Source: Candidatus Rariloculaceae bacterium (lineage in GTDB: Bacteria; Pseudomonadota; Gammaproteobacteria; Steroidobacterales; Rariloculaceae). From it: DNA of 64,000 nt. The stretch lies in the NCBI GenBank assembly GCA_965262365.1, contig OZ253541.1, positions 1,092,614 to 1,156,613 on the forward strand, given 5' to 3'. The translations under genes and the position numbers were made by a program. Positions within the stretch are counted from its first letter, which is position 1. Every line of letters starts with the position of its first letter. Positions 8,589 through 17,670 of this stretch are shown here, piece by piece. The notes under the pieces were generated by a model. The model had not been told where the DNA came from, did not search any database, and saw nothing but the letters and a program-made list of their open reading frames with translations.

Positions 8589-11108
8589 TCAGAACGAATA
8601 GTTAAGCCGAAGTCCGAACTCCCGCGGGATACGCGGACGATACCGCCAGCTCCATTGTCGCCCGACCCTGTTATCCCTGTAGTCATCGAGATCCAGCGGC
8701 GTGTCCTCGTTGGTGAGGTTGTTGCCGAACAGGATGACATCCAGGTTGTTGTTACTGAGGGTGATCTGACCCGTAACAGTCGTTGAGGCGGGAAGCTCGA
8801 GCCAGTTCATGACGTCATAGAACTTCGGACCCTGGTGGCGAACGCCAAGACGTCCGGTCCACTGCCAGGCGCCGCCGAGCGACCCGGCGTAGGCTGCCGA
8901 AAACGTGCCGGAGGTCTCCGCATTTCGTTCGATTTCATTGCCGGCCACTTCGTAGCAGTCGGCCCCCCTGACGGTGTCTGTCGGCTCGAATCCGAAGGTC
9001 TCGACCGGCTGGACGTCGCAGTTCTGAGCGTATTTGTTGTCCTGCAACGCCAGCGAGCCCCGCAGGGACCAATTGTCGGTTGCCCGCCAGTTCGCCTCGA
9101 CCTCGACGCCCTTCAGGTCGCCTTCACCCTGGTTGATCCGTACGCCGGTGGCGTGGGCGTCTTCGTCGGAATAGATCACGCCATTGGAGTGGGCGCCGTC
9201 GTTCCAGCAGTTGGAGATGCCCGCGCAACTCCCGTCGACCGGGGGGTTACCCAACCAGTCGAATGTGTGGCTCAATAACATGTCTGTCCAGTCAATGACA
9301 TACACGGAGGCCGCAAGCTGCAGCCGGCCGTCGAGCGTGTTGCCCTTGATCCCGAACTCGACGTTGGTCAGTGTCTCTTCATCCGACGAAGCAAAGGTAG
9401 CGGCGGTGTAAGTGATAACACCCGCGTCGAAAGCCGCCTGAGTGCTCGCCTGTATCACTGGATTGATCAGCTCCGGCGTGGTCGTGGCAGGGCTCGTTCC
9501 CTGGGCTAGCTGGCCGTAAAGGGACCAGTCATCGTTGAGGGCGTGAGTGATGGCCAGGCGCGGTTGAAAGGAGTCCGTGACCTGGGTGATCGAACGGCCG
9601 CTGACCGTGTCCAGCGTGAATTGTTCATCTCGCTGAAAGCGTCCCTCGAAGGAGAGCGTCGTCCGGTCGCTGAGATCGTAGGTGACGTTACCGTAGACAC
9701 CCGTCGCCATGGTTGTGAGATTCTGCCGCCGATCCGGCGGGAAATCCATGCAGTCGTTGATAAGACACTGCAGACCCAGGTCCGGGAACTCGACTCCGGC
9801 AAACTGGTTGATGGCCGCGTCATTGAAGGCAAACTCGAAGCTGGATACGCCCACCAACCATCGAAGCGAGGAGTCCGCGGGAGAGAGCCAGCGAACGTCT
9901 ACGTATTCTTCCCTGTCGGTCTTGCGGCGGTTGCCCATGTTTCCCGTGAGCATGGAGCTGAACGTGCCCCTGCTGGTGATCGTGGGGGCATCGCTCATAT
10001 CCGAGTCGATCCAGCGTCTCGTGTTGTCGAAGGCGGATGCCACGATTGCTTGAAGCAGGCCGCCATTATCGAAGCTGAAATTGAATTCGCCGGCAATTCT
10101 CTGCCGATCCTGGGTTGCGCCCGGGCGCAGCACGCTCTCCGACCACGCCAGATTGTAGGCGTCGGTGCCCTCTTCATACTCCCCGCGCAGATCGTGATTC
10201 CGCGGGTTGAGTCCCTCGTACTGCTCGCATTTCCACTCTCCACGCACATAACCTCGCCCGTTGGGAAGTTCGGTGTTGTTGCAAGTGTCGATAGTGTCCG
10301 AAGCGATCAGGAATTCACTGCCGGGACCGTCGTCCCCCAACGTGCGGGCAGCCGTTATTTCCATGTCGAAAAAGTCATTGGGCGTGAATTTCAGCTTGCC
10401 GGAAAAGTATTCGGTCAGCGTGCTTCCCGACCGGTAGCCGTCGGTGGTGATCCACTCGTCCGGCGCACCCCAGTCCTCCTGAACGACGTCGAGCGTGAAT
10501 CCCAACGAATCGGTGATCGGACCCTCCAGCGCCACGCCGAGGATGGTGCGATTCTGGTTCGAGGCCGTGGCCTTCACTGATCCGCTGAATTGATCGCCGG
10601 GATCCCGAGTCACGTAGTTGACGGCGCCCGCGAATGTCGCACGTCCGAACGCGGCACTCTGGGGGCCGCGCAGAACTTCGATCCGCTCAAGATCGATGAA
10701 CTGCATCGACGCATTGGTACCGAAGATCGGCGCCCCGTTGATGAAGATGGATACCTTCTGATTGGCCGGGCCCTGGGAACCGGGGTTGATTCCGCGGATG
10801 GTCGTCCTGGACCCCAGCCGTTCCCGGGTTTGTTCGAAGTCGACACCGGGCGTCTCGGCGTAGAGATCGAAGGTATCCATGATATTCGCCTCCTGGACGA
10901 AATCCATGGTCATTACGGTGATGGCGACGGGAACATCCTGCAGGCTCTCTTCGCGCCGGCGGGCCGTGACCAGGATCTCCTCGAGGAGATTATCTTCAGC
11001 CAATTGAGCTCGCGCAGGTGCGGTTGGCGCAAGCGCCAGCCCCATTGCCGCAATACCGAAGGCGCTGAGATAAACCACCGAGCGCCGTGCGAAATAAATT
11101 CCAGACAT
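8589..11108 (-). CDS. TonB-dependent receptor paralog 3
   Basis: ORF 8589..11141. ATG 11108 gives MSGIYFARRSVVYLSAFGIAAMGLALAPTAPARAQ. Plug start LEEILVTARRREESLQDVPVAITV; C-terminal LRLNYSF. Confidence 0.9.
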   Translation of the reverse strand: MSGIYFARRSVVYLSAFGIAAMGLALAPTAPARAQLAEDNLLEEILVTARRREESLQDVPVAITVMTMDFVQEANIMDTFDLYAETPGVDFEQTRERLGSRTTIRGINPGSQGPANQKVSIFINGAPIFGTNASMQFIDLERIEVLRGPQSAAFGRATFAGAVNYVTRDPGDQFSGSVKATASNQNRTILGVALEGPITDSLGFTLDVVQEDWGAPDEWITTDGYRSGSTLTEYFSGKLKFTPNDFFDMEITAARTLGDDGPGSEFLIASDTIDTCNNTELPNGRGYVRGEWKCEQYEGLNPRNHDLRGEYEEGTDAYNLAWSESVLRPGATQDRQRIAGEFNFSFDNGGLLQAIVASAFDNTRRWIDSDMSDAPTITSRGTFSSMLTGNMGNRRKTDREEYVDVRWLSPADSSLRWLVGVSSFEFAFNDAAINQFAGVEFPDLGLQCLINDCMDFPPDRRQNLTTMATGVYGNVTYDLSDRTTLSFEGRFQRDEQFTLDTVSGRSITQVTDSFQPRLAITHALNDDWSLYGQLAQGTSPATTTPELINPVIQASTQAAFDAGVITYTAATFASSDEETLTNVEFGIKGNTLDGRLQLAASVYVIDWTDMLLSHTFDWLGNPPVDGSCAGISNCWNDGAHSNGVIYSDEDAHATGVRINQGEGDLKGVEVEANWRATDNWSLRGSLALQDNKYAQNCDVQPVETFGFEPTDTVRGADCYEVAGNEIERNAETSGTFSAAYAGSLGGAWQWTGRLGVRHQGPKFYDVMNWLELPASTTVTGQITLSNNNLDVILFGNNLTNEDTPLDLDDYRDNRVGRQWSWRYRPRIPREFGLRLNYSF

Positions 11109-11443
11109 GATGCCGTCCCCTGTATTCTCGATCGCTTGCAAACTGAAAACATCGGTTGCCCGTGTCAGAGGCGCGACAACCGCGACGGCGGATCATAGCG
11201 TGTTCACGCTAGTTAGAAAAGCCAATGACTTCACTTGTGGCGGCTGCGCAACCCGAGCTCATTATCTGGGTTTTTCCAGTCATGCAAATTTCTTATGAAG
11301 TAACACGCGGCGCAGACACTCTGGTATCGTCGGCAAGGATGGCTCTGCGCGTCTCGCCGTGGAGCGTCCGCAACTGAACCGGGGAATTCATCGCGGAATG
11401 GGAAGCAACCGATGTTGGCATTATCGTCTAAACTGGCTCAATC

Positions 11444-12340
11444 ATGAAACCCGGAATATTTCAGATCTTCGGGCTGGCCCTGTTGCTGGCAATCTCGATC
11501 GATTCGGGAATGGCCCAGGTCGATATCGCCAACATGTGGCGTCCGCTGCCCCACAATCAGGACGGTAGCGGGATGATCGGCGATGCCGCCGGCGTGCCGA
11601 TTAGCGAAGATGGGCATTGGCGGGCGGAGAGCTGGTCGCCCGAGCAGTTCGACATGGCTGAGTGGGTCTGTCGACCCCACGCCTGGGACTACTCGCTCGA
11701 GGGACCGCTGGCCCAGGTGCGTTTCGCGGCGCAATACGACCAGGCCACCCAGGGAGTCGAGGCTTACCTGGGCCACATCTATATGCAGTGGCAGCAGCAG
11801 ACCATCTGGATGGATGGTCGCGAGCATCCGCCTGAGAACGCGCCGCACACCTGGAGCGGTTTTACGACGGGCGAGTGGCAGGGGGACGTCCTGGTGACGA
11901 CCACAACGCATGTCAAGGCAGACTACATCCGGCGCTGGGGTCTGGTGCGTAGCGACCGGACCGCGGTGAGGACGCACTGGCGGCGTATTGGGGAGGACTA
12001 CCTCCAGGCGACGGTGATCATGTACGACCCCGTCTACCTCACGGAGCCCTACAGCCGCAGCTCCTTGATCTGGATCAAGGATCCCGGGCTCGCGATGGAC
12101 CCGTATCCCTGCGAAGAGGCAACCGAAACCGCCGTGCCAAAGGGTTCCGTTGCGCATTTTCTACCCGGTGAGAGCTACATGCCGGCATACGATCCCGAGC
12201 GATCGGATCCTTTTGGGACGCCCTATGAAGCGAGAATGGGGGGGGCTGAAAGCATGTATCCGGACTACATCGAGCAGATGGAGACGATGGAGGTATCGGA
12301 CGCGGCTCCCGATCCGGCCGACGTACGCGGGACACCTTGA
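11444..12340 (+). CDS. exported stand-alone C-module protein (divergent member)
   Basis: Signal peptide MKPGIFQIFGLALLLAISIDSGMAQ. Motifs: VCRPHAW ... WSGFTTGEWQGDVLVTTTTH ... IMYDPVYLTEPY ... PYPC. Confidence 0.75.
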   Translation: MKPGIFQIFGLALLLAISIDSGMAQVDIANMWRPLPHNQDGSGMIGDAAGVPISEDGHWRAESWSPEQFDMAEWVCRPHAWDYSLEGPLAQVRFAAQYDQATQGVEAYLGHIYMQWQQQTIWMDGREHPPENAPHTWSGFTTGEWQGDVLVTTTTHVKADYIRRWGLVRSDRTAVRTHWRRIGEDYLQATVIMYDPVYLTEPYSRSSLIWIKDPGLAMDPYPCEEATETAVPKGSVAHFLPGESYMPAYDPERSDPFGTPYEARMGGAESMYPDYIEQMETMEVSDAAPDPADVRGTP

Positions 12341-12341
12341 G

Positions 12342-13340
12342 ATGACTTCGACGAGCAGCAGATTGTTCTCTCCCGGCCTCTGGCTCGCAGGCGTGCTCAT
12401 GACCGGCGCGCAAGCGCAGACGTGGTCGCCGCCGCTGCGCGGCGCGGCGGAAGGGGAAGTCCAGATCCTCCACGTGAAGGGCAGCGTCTACATGCTGGCA
12501 GGATCCGGTGGCAACATCGCCGTGCAGGTAGGCGAGCAGGGGACTCTGCTGGTGGATACCGGCAGCGCCGCCATGACCGACGCGGTGCTCGCTGCGATCG
12601 AGACCATCACGCCCGAGCCCGTGCGCTACATCGTCAATACGAGCTACGCCGTGGACTACACTGGCGGCAACGCGGCGATTGCGGCCGCGGGACGAAAAAC
12701 GCTTCCGTTCCGTGGTGCGGGCAGTTCCAGCGTGCAGGGGCAGTTCGGCGCGGACAAGGCGTCCGTCGTCTCTTACTACACCGTCTTTCACCGGATGGCG
12801 GCACCGCCCGGCGACTGGGAGCCGAGAGAGGAAGGTGCTTGGCCGGACAATACGTTCTCGATTCCACTGAAGCGGCTCTATTTCAACGATGAGCCGGTGA
12901 TGATCATGCACCAACCATCCACCACCGATGGCAACAGCCTGGTCCTGTTTCGCAAGTCCGATGTGGTGGCGGCGGGCGCCCTTCTGAATCTTGAAACCTT
13001 CCCCGTCATCGAAGTCGACGCCGGGGGGAGCGTCCAGGCGGTCGTCGAAGGCCTGAACGGGCTGATCGACCTGGCCGTCCCCAGCGGGCGGTCGGAAGGC
13101 GGGACGCTGGTCATCCCGGGTCACGGCCGGATCGCGGACTTTGCGGAAATCGCTCAGCAACGCGACATGATGACCGCCATTCGCGACCGGGTTCAGAACA
13201 TGACCGACAAGGGAATGACACTGACCGAGGTTATCGAGGCCGGACCCACCCGCGGGTACGATGCGCGTTACGGACGCGACACCGGTCCGTGGACGACCGA
13301 AATGTTTGTCGAGGCCGTGTACAGGAGCCTGACCAAGTAG
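12342..13340 (+). CDS. exported MBL-fold protein with degenerate metal-binding motif
   Basis: ATG 12342 lies 1 nt after the upstream stop. Signal peptide ...GVLMTGAQAQ. MBL-like blocks GTLLVDTGS and VIPGHG are present, but the HxHxDH position reads NTSYAVDYTGGN and the later HTDGD position reads STTDGN. Confidence 0.75.
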   Translation: MTSTSSRLFSPGLWLAGVLMTGAQAQTWSPPLRGAAEGEVQILHVKGSVYMLAGSGGNIAVQVGEQGTLLVDTGSAAMTDAVLAAIETITPEPVRYIVNTSYAVDYTGGNAAIAAAGRKTLPFRGAGSSSVQGQFGADKASVVSYYTVFHRMAAPPGDWEPREEGAWPDNTFSIPLKRLYFNDEPVMIMHQPSTTDGNSLVLFRKSDVVAAGALLNLETFPVIEVDAGGSVQAVVEGLNGLIDLAVPSGRSEGGTLVIPGHGRIADFAEIAQQRDMMTAIRDRVQNMTDKGMTLTEVIEAGPTRGYDARYGRDTGPWTTEMFVEAVYRSLTK

Positions 13341-13360
13341 TCGCTCCAAGGAGACTTTCG

Positions 13361-13762
13361 ATGAAGAGATTCTTCCCATTGAGGCTGGCGTTGTTTGTCG
13401 GGGGCGCCCTTTTTCTGGCCGTTGCCGGGCGTGTCGTCGCGCATCATTCGTTTGCGGCGACCTATCAGGCGGATGGCCGGATCGAGATCGAAGGCACCGT
13501 CAAGGAACTCGTCTGGCGAAACCCGCATTCTTTTCTAAGGATCGATGTCACGGACGACGATGGGAATATCCAGACGTGGTCACTGGAATGGACGTCCGCG
13601 AATCGGCTCTCGGGCAGCAACCTGACCCGCACGACGCTCCGTCCGCTGGACGTTGTCGTCGCGACCGGAAGTCCGGCTCGAAATCCGGAATCGCCCCGCC
13701 TCCTGCTGCGGCAGTTGAGGCGACCCAGTGACGGTTGGGAGTGGATCGGTGATATCGACTGA
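13361..13762 (+). CDS. exported stand-alone N-module protein (resembles what I recall as the uncharacterised DUF6152 family)
   Basis: ATG 13361 lies 7 nt after AAGGAG. MKRFFPLRLALFVGGALFLAVAGRVVA then HHSFAATYQADGRIEIEGTVKELVWRNPH. 133 aa. Confidence 0.8.
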   Translation: MKRFFPLRLALFVGGALFLAVAGRVVAHHSFAATYQADGRIEIEGTVKELVWRNPHSFLRIDVTDDDGNIQTWSLEWTSANRLSGSNLTRTTLRPLDVVVATGSPARNPESPRLLLRQLRRPSDGWEWIGDID

Positions 13763-14552
13763 CAGGTGTACTTCCTGTCGTCTCGTTGTCGTCCTGGCGG
13801 CGATGCTCGGACTTGGCGGGGCGCCCGCCCTGGCACAGGACGGCGTCCGACCCACCGGCAGGGCAGCGATGCCCCCGGACCAGGATCCGACGGGTTATTG
13901 GGTCTCGGTGGTCACTCAACACTGGCACTATCGAATGCGGATGCCGCCGAGGGGCGACTTCGCCAAGATTCCCATGAGCGCGGAGGGCCGGCGGATTTTC
14001 GACGCCTGGGACCCGCTCGCCGATCAGGCCAACGGCGAGGAGTGCCGGGCCTATGGCGCGGGCAATATCATGCGCATTCCGGGACGCCTGCACATCCACT
14101 GGGCGGGCGACAATACGCTGCAGATCGATACGGACTCCGGGACGCAGACCCGTCTCCTGCAGTTTGCTCCCGACATGCCCGCGGAACAGGTCGCGCCGTC
14201 CTGGCAGGGACGATCCTTCGCAGGCTGGGTCGGGCGCGAGGGCGCGCCGGAGGGTGACCGGTACGCGGATCAGAACGATCCCAACGCGCCCCGCTACCTG
14301 GCCGTGTCGACGACACGGCTTCGCCCCGGCTACCTGCTGAAGAACGGCGTGGCGTACAGCGAAAGCAGCAGGCTTGAAGAATACTTCTACACATTTATGG
14401 AACCCAACGGCGACACCTGGCTGGTGGTGACGACGATCATCACGGACCCCGAGTATCTGTCCCGGCCCCACGTCACCAGCAATCAGTTCAAGAAGCTCCC
14501 GAACGACTCGGGCTGGGATCCGACTCCCTGTCGGATAGATCACCCGCGTTAG
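13728..14552 (+). CDS. exported stand-alone C-module protein (divergent member)
   Basis: ATG 13728 overlaps the upstream gene by 35 nt. Signal ...VVVLAAMLGLGGAPALAQ. Motifs: ECRAYGAG ... WQGRSFAGW ... TWLVVTTIITDPEYLSRP ... PTPC. The start codon is uncertain. Confidence 0.7.
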   Translation: MTVGSGSVISTDRCTSCRLVVVLAAMLGLGGAPALAQDGVRPTGRAAMPPDQDPTGYWVSVVTQHWHYRMRMPPRGDFAKIPMSAEGRRIFDAWDPLADQANGEECRAYGAGNIMRIPGRLHIHWAGDNTLQIDTDSGTQTRLLQFAPDMPAEQVAPSWQGRSFAGWVGREGAPEGDRYADQNDPNAPRYLAVSTTRLRPGYLLKNGVAYSESSRLEEYFYTFMEPNGDTWLVVTTIITDPEYLSRPHVTSNQFKKLPNDSGWDPTPCRIDHPR

Positions 14553-14598
14553 CCACGCGGACCCGGGCGAGACGCCAGATGGGCAAGGAGACCAAAAT

Positions 14599-15624
14599 AT
14601 GATTCGTCCAAGCATTCTTGCAGTGACTTTTTTCTTTGCGGGTGCTGCCTCGGCGCATCACGCGTTCAGCGCCTTCTACGACACTGACAATGTCGGGGAA
14701 ATTGAGGGCGAAGTCATCGAGACTTTCTGGATCAACCCGCACGCGGGCTTCAGGATCCGGACGGACGACGGGGAAGTCTGGAACATCGAGACTGCGCCGG
14801 TGAATCGCCTGCAACGCCTCGGGCTCGCCGAGTCGGTCAGCGTGGGCGACCGTGTCGGATTTGTCGGTGCGTTTTCGCGCCTCGGAAGAAACGAGGTGCT
14901 CGCAACCAACATGATCATGCCCGGTGGCGAAGAAGTTCTTCTTGATCCGGGTTTTGCACGGCGACTGGGTTTGGGGGACAGGGTTTCCGGAGCCGGTGGG
15001 TCCGGAGCCGGTGGGTCCGGGGCTGTCTCGGACATCGGCAGCGATGAACCCAACGGCATCTACCGCGTCTGGACCCGGGCGCGCAGTCCGGAAGACCGCG
15101 ACCCCGAGCGTACGCTGACCGAGGCGTCACTGGCCGCCGTGGAAGCGTGGGATCCGGTAACCGACGACCCCGCGTTGCGCTGCGAAGCGCCCGGTATGCC
15201 GGTGGCCATGGATACGCCGTTTCCCTTTGCGCTCGAGGAAGGTGACGGGCAGATCCTGATGCGTATCGAGCAGTGGGATGGGCTGCGAACGATCCACATG
15301 GGACCCGGGGCAGCGGAGGAAGACCCGGAAGATTCGCTCATGGGACATTCGGTGGGACGCTGGGAAGGGCAGACTCTGGTGGTCGAAACGACGGACATAA
15401 GCTGGCCGTACGTCGACGAGTTCGGTACCCCGAAGAGCGACGAGTACACGCTGGTTGAGCGTTTAACCTTCAGCGAGGACAACACTGCGATGACATGGGA
15501 GGCCACCGCGACGGATCCGGCAACCTACGTCGGACCGGCCTTTCTGGGCAGCATCAGTTACGCCTGGGTGCCGGGAGAAGAGATCAAGCCCTACAACTGC
15601 ACCATCGCCGGGGAAGCGCTCTAG
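14599..15624 (+). CDS. exported two-module protein (fused N- and C-modules joined by a Gly/Ser linker)
   Basis: MIRPSILAVTFFFAGAASA then HHAFSAFYDTDNVGEIEGEVIETFWINPH. Linker SGAGGSGAGGSGAVS. C-half LRCEAPGMP ... GHSVGRWEGQTLVVETT ... ATDPATY ... PYNC. Confidence 0.85.
   Translation: MIRPSILAVTFFFAGAASAHHAFSAFYDTDNVGEIEGEVIETFWINPHAGFRIRTDDGEVWNIETAPVNRLQRLGLAESVSVGDRVGFVGAFSRLGRNEVLATNMIMPGGEEVLLDPGFARRLGLGDRVSGAGGSGAGGSGAVSDIGSDEPNGIYRVWTRARSPEDRDPERTLTEASLAAVEAWDPVTDDPALRCEAPGMPVAMDTPFPFALEEGDGQILMRIEQWDGLRTIHMGPGAAEEDPEDSLMGHSVGRWEGQTLVVETTDISWPYVDEFGTPKSDEYTLVERLTFSEDNTAMTWEATATDPATYVGPAFLGSISYAWVPGEEIKPYNCTIAGEAL
14996..15034 (+). repeat. 15-bp tandem duplication (TCCGGAGCCGGTGGG x2 plus a partial third copy) encoding the inter-module linker
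   Basis: Two exact 15-mers at 14996..15010 and 15011..15025, followed by TCCGGGGCT. Confidence 0.9.
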
Positions 15625-15672
15625 GCCGGGGAAGCGCTCCAGGCGCGACTCGGATTCACAGGGAAGAAATCG

Positions 15673-16065
15673 ATGGTTGACCAGGATACGTCGCTGGAGG
15701 AAATCCTTGGCACGCGGCAGCCCGGAATCAGACTGTACGGAATCTTCATGAAGCCCACCGGCAGGATGCTGGAGATGCGCGGCACGCCGGAACTGGATGA
15801 AATGCGCCGGCAGGCGTTCGTCTACCTCTGGCAGTTGGAGGAACGGAACAAGCTGCTGCTGGCAGGCCCGTTCGAGGAGGGAACATCCCGACAGGAAGGC
15901 ATGATGCTGCTGAATGTGGACAGCATCGAAGAGGCGCAGGCCATCGCCGCCGCCGAACCCATGCACAAGGCCGGCTGGCGCACCAACACCGTCAGGTCTT
16001 TCGCGCTCAACGAGGGCTTGCTGGTCGACTCCGTGCGGTCGTTGACCGGGTCGTCGGATTCGTAA
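15673..16065 (+). CDS. YciI-like protein
   Basis: FVYLWQLEERNKLLLAGPF ... GMMLLNVDSIEEAQAIAAAEPMHKAGW matches the YciI-family pattern (H..yl..L...G.l..aGP ... s.eeA ... DP...aG). Confidence 0.6.
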   Translation: MVDQDTSLEEILGTRQPGIRLYGIFMKPTGRMLEMRGTPELDEMRRQAFVYLWQLEERNKLLLAGPFEEGTSRQEGMMLLNVDSIEEAQAIAAAEPMHKAGWRTNTVRSFALNEGLLVDSVRSLTGSSDS

Positions 16066-16068
16066 GCC

Positions 16069-17640
16069 ATGGCGACCTCGATCAAGACCATCCGCGCCGC
16101 GGCCGGCGCCGACACCGAGGCATTCCGGCTGCGGCGCTTCATCGCCGATCTCGAGCAGGCGGGCGAACTGGAAACCTGTTCCGAGGCGCTCCAGCCGGCG
16201 GCCATCTCCGAACGCATGGAGGGCAACCGCAATGCGGTCTGGTTCACCCATGTCGGTGCCGAGAAGGCCGAAGTCATCGGCAACGTCATGGGGTCAAGAT
16301 CCCGCATCGCCGTCGCTTTCGGCGTCGGTTTGGGAGAGTTGCTGGACGAGATCCGGTCGCGATTAAAGGCGCCCCAGGCGCTCGTTGAGGTTGCCGCCGC
16401 GGATGCTCCGGTGCAGGAAGACGTTCTGACCGGGGAGGCGGCCGATCTGACGAAACTGCCGGTGCCTTTTCAGCACGGTCTCGACGGAGCGCCCTACCTG
16501 TCGTCGCCGATCGATGTAGTCATGGATCCCGCCACCGGGCTGTACAACGTCGGTTGCCGGCGGCTGATGCTGCGCGGCCGGCGCAGTTGCGGCGTCGACC
16601 TGAATGCGCCCAGCGATCTCAAGGCGATTTACGAGGACGCCGTGCAGGCCGGCCGGCCGTTACCGGTGAGCTTTGTTCTGGGCGCTCATCCCATCGATCA
16701 CTTCACCGGTGCGATGCGCGCGCCAGGCGACGAACTGGAACTGATGGCGAAGCTGCGCGGCGTTCCCATGCCGGTCGTGAAGTGCGTCACCAACGACCTG
16801 CTCGTGCCCGCTGATGCGGAATGCATTCTGGAGGGCTTCCTGAGTCCGGAGGGGCACGTGGAAGATGAGGGCCCGTACGGGGAGTTCCTCGGTTACTACG
16901 GCGGCGTCAAGCGCAACCCGGTCTTTCACCTCACGGCGATCACGCGGCGCAAGGATGCCCTGTTCCAGACGACATCCATCGCCGGCCGGCACATGAGCTG
17001 CACGGATACGGCTCAACTGGTGGCATTGAAGGCTGAGCTGGGCCTGTGGGGCGCGTTGGCCACGGCCGTTCGAGATCCGGTCGCCGTATACGCGACCACA
17101 TCCAGCGGCGGATGCTTCCATGCGCGCGTCGCCCTCAAACAGCGTTCGCCCGGGGATGCACGCAATGCCATTGCCGCCGTACTGGGCAGTTTCATGAACG
17201 TGAAGCATGTCTTCGTCGTCGACGAAGACATCGATATTTTCGATGACGGACAGATGGACTGGGCCCTGGCGTCCCGCTTCCAGGCGGACCGCGATCTGGT
17301 GGTGCTCGAGGGCATGCGTCTGCCCCCCGTCGATCCGTCCATGGGGAACTCCAGGGTCAGCGCAAAGGCCGGTTTCGACCTGACGATTCCCTTTGCCGAG
17401 CGCGGCGACAGCGAATGGGCGGTGCCGGAGCCCCCTGATTTGACTCCCTCCGAAGTACGCTTCGAGTCGGTTGAGGCTGCGCTGCGCGATGGGCCCAGGC
17501 AATTCGAGGAATTGATGCAGTGTCTGGGATCCGCGGACGGGCGGGAAATCGTTATTGAACTTGAATCGTTGCGCGAGAGCGGACGCCTTTCCCGCCGTCG
17601 CCCGGACGGCCGGTATTCTCTAAATCAACTTTATAGTTAA
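16069..17640 (+). CDS. UbiD-family (prFMN-type) decarboxylase
   Basis: 523 aa, starting 3 nt after the YciI-like stop. Contains the UbiD-like block EDEGPYGEFLGYYGG, and the overall length and layout fit the family. Confidence 0.8.
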   Translation: MATSIKTIRAAAGADTEAFRLRRFIADLEQAGELETCSEALQPAAISERMEGNRNAVWFTHVGAEKAEVIGNVMGSRSRIAVAFGVGLGELLDEIRSRLKAPQALVEVAAADAPVQEDVLTGEAADLTKLPVPFQHGLDGAPYLSSPIDVVMDPATGLYNVGCRRLMLRGRRSCGVDLNAPSDLKAIYEDAVQAGRPLPVSFVLGAHPIDHFTGAMRAPGDELELMAKLRGVPMPVVKCVTNDLLVPADAECILEGFLSPEGHVEDEGPYGEFLGYYGGVKRNPVFHLTAITRRKDALFQTTSIAGRHMSCTDTAQLVALKAELGLWGALATAVRDPVAVYATTSSGGCFHARVALKQRSPGDARNAIAAVLGSFMNVKHVFVVDEDIDIFDDGQMDWALASRFQADRDLVVLEGMRLPPVDPSMGNSRVSAKAGFDLTIPFAERGDSEWAVPEPPDLTPSEVRFESVEAALRDGPRQFEELMQCLGSADGREIVIELESLRESGRLSRRRPDGRYSLNQLYS

Positions 17641-17670
17641 TCCGTCTAATTAGCTGATAAATAGAAACTT

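Noticed and set aside
66-10580. Long plus-strand ORFs (66..791, 5515..6663, 6700..7659, 9543..10580) lying opposite the TonB-dependent receptor genes
   Set aside because: Their translations are low-complexity, Arg/Gly/Val-rich and without motifs. The minus strand encodes clear receptor sequence, so these are typical shadow ORFs of GC-rich DNA.
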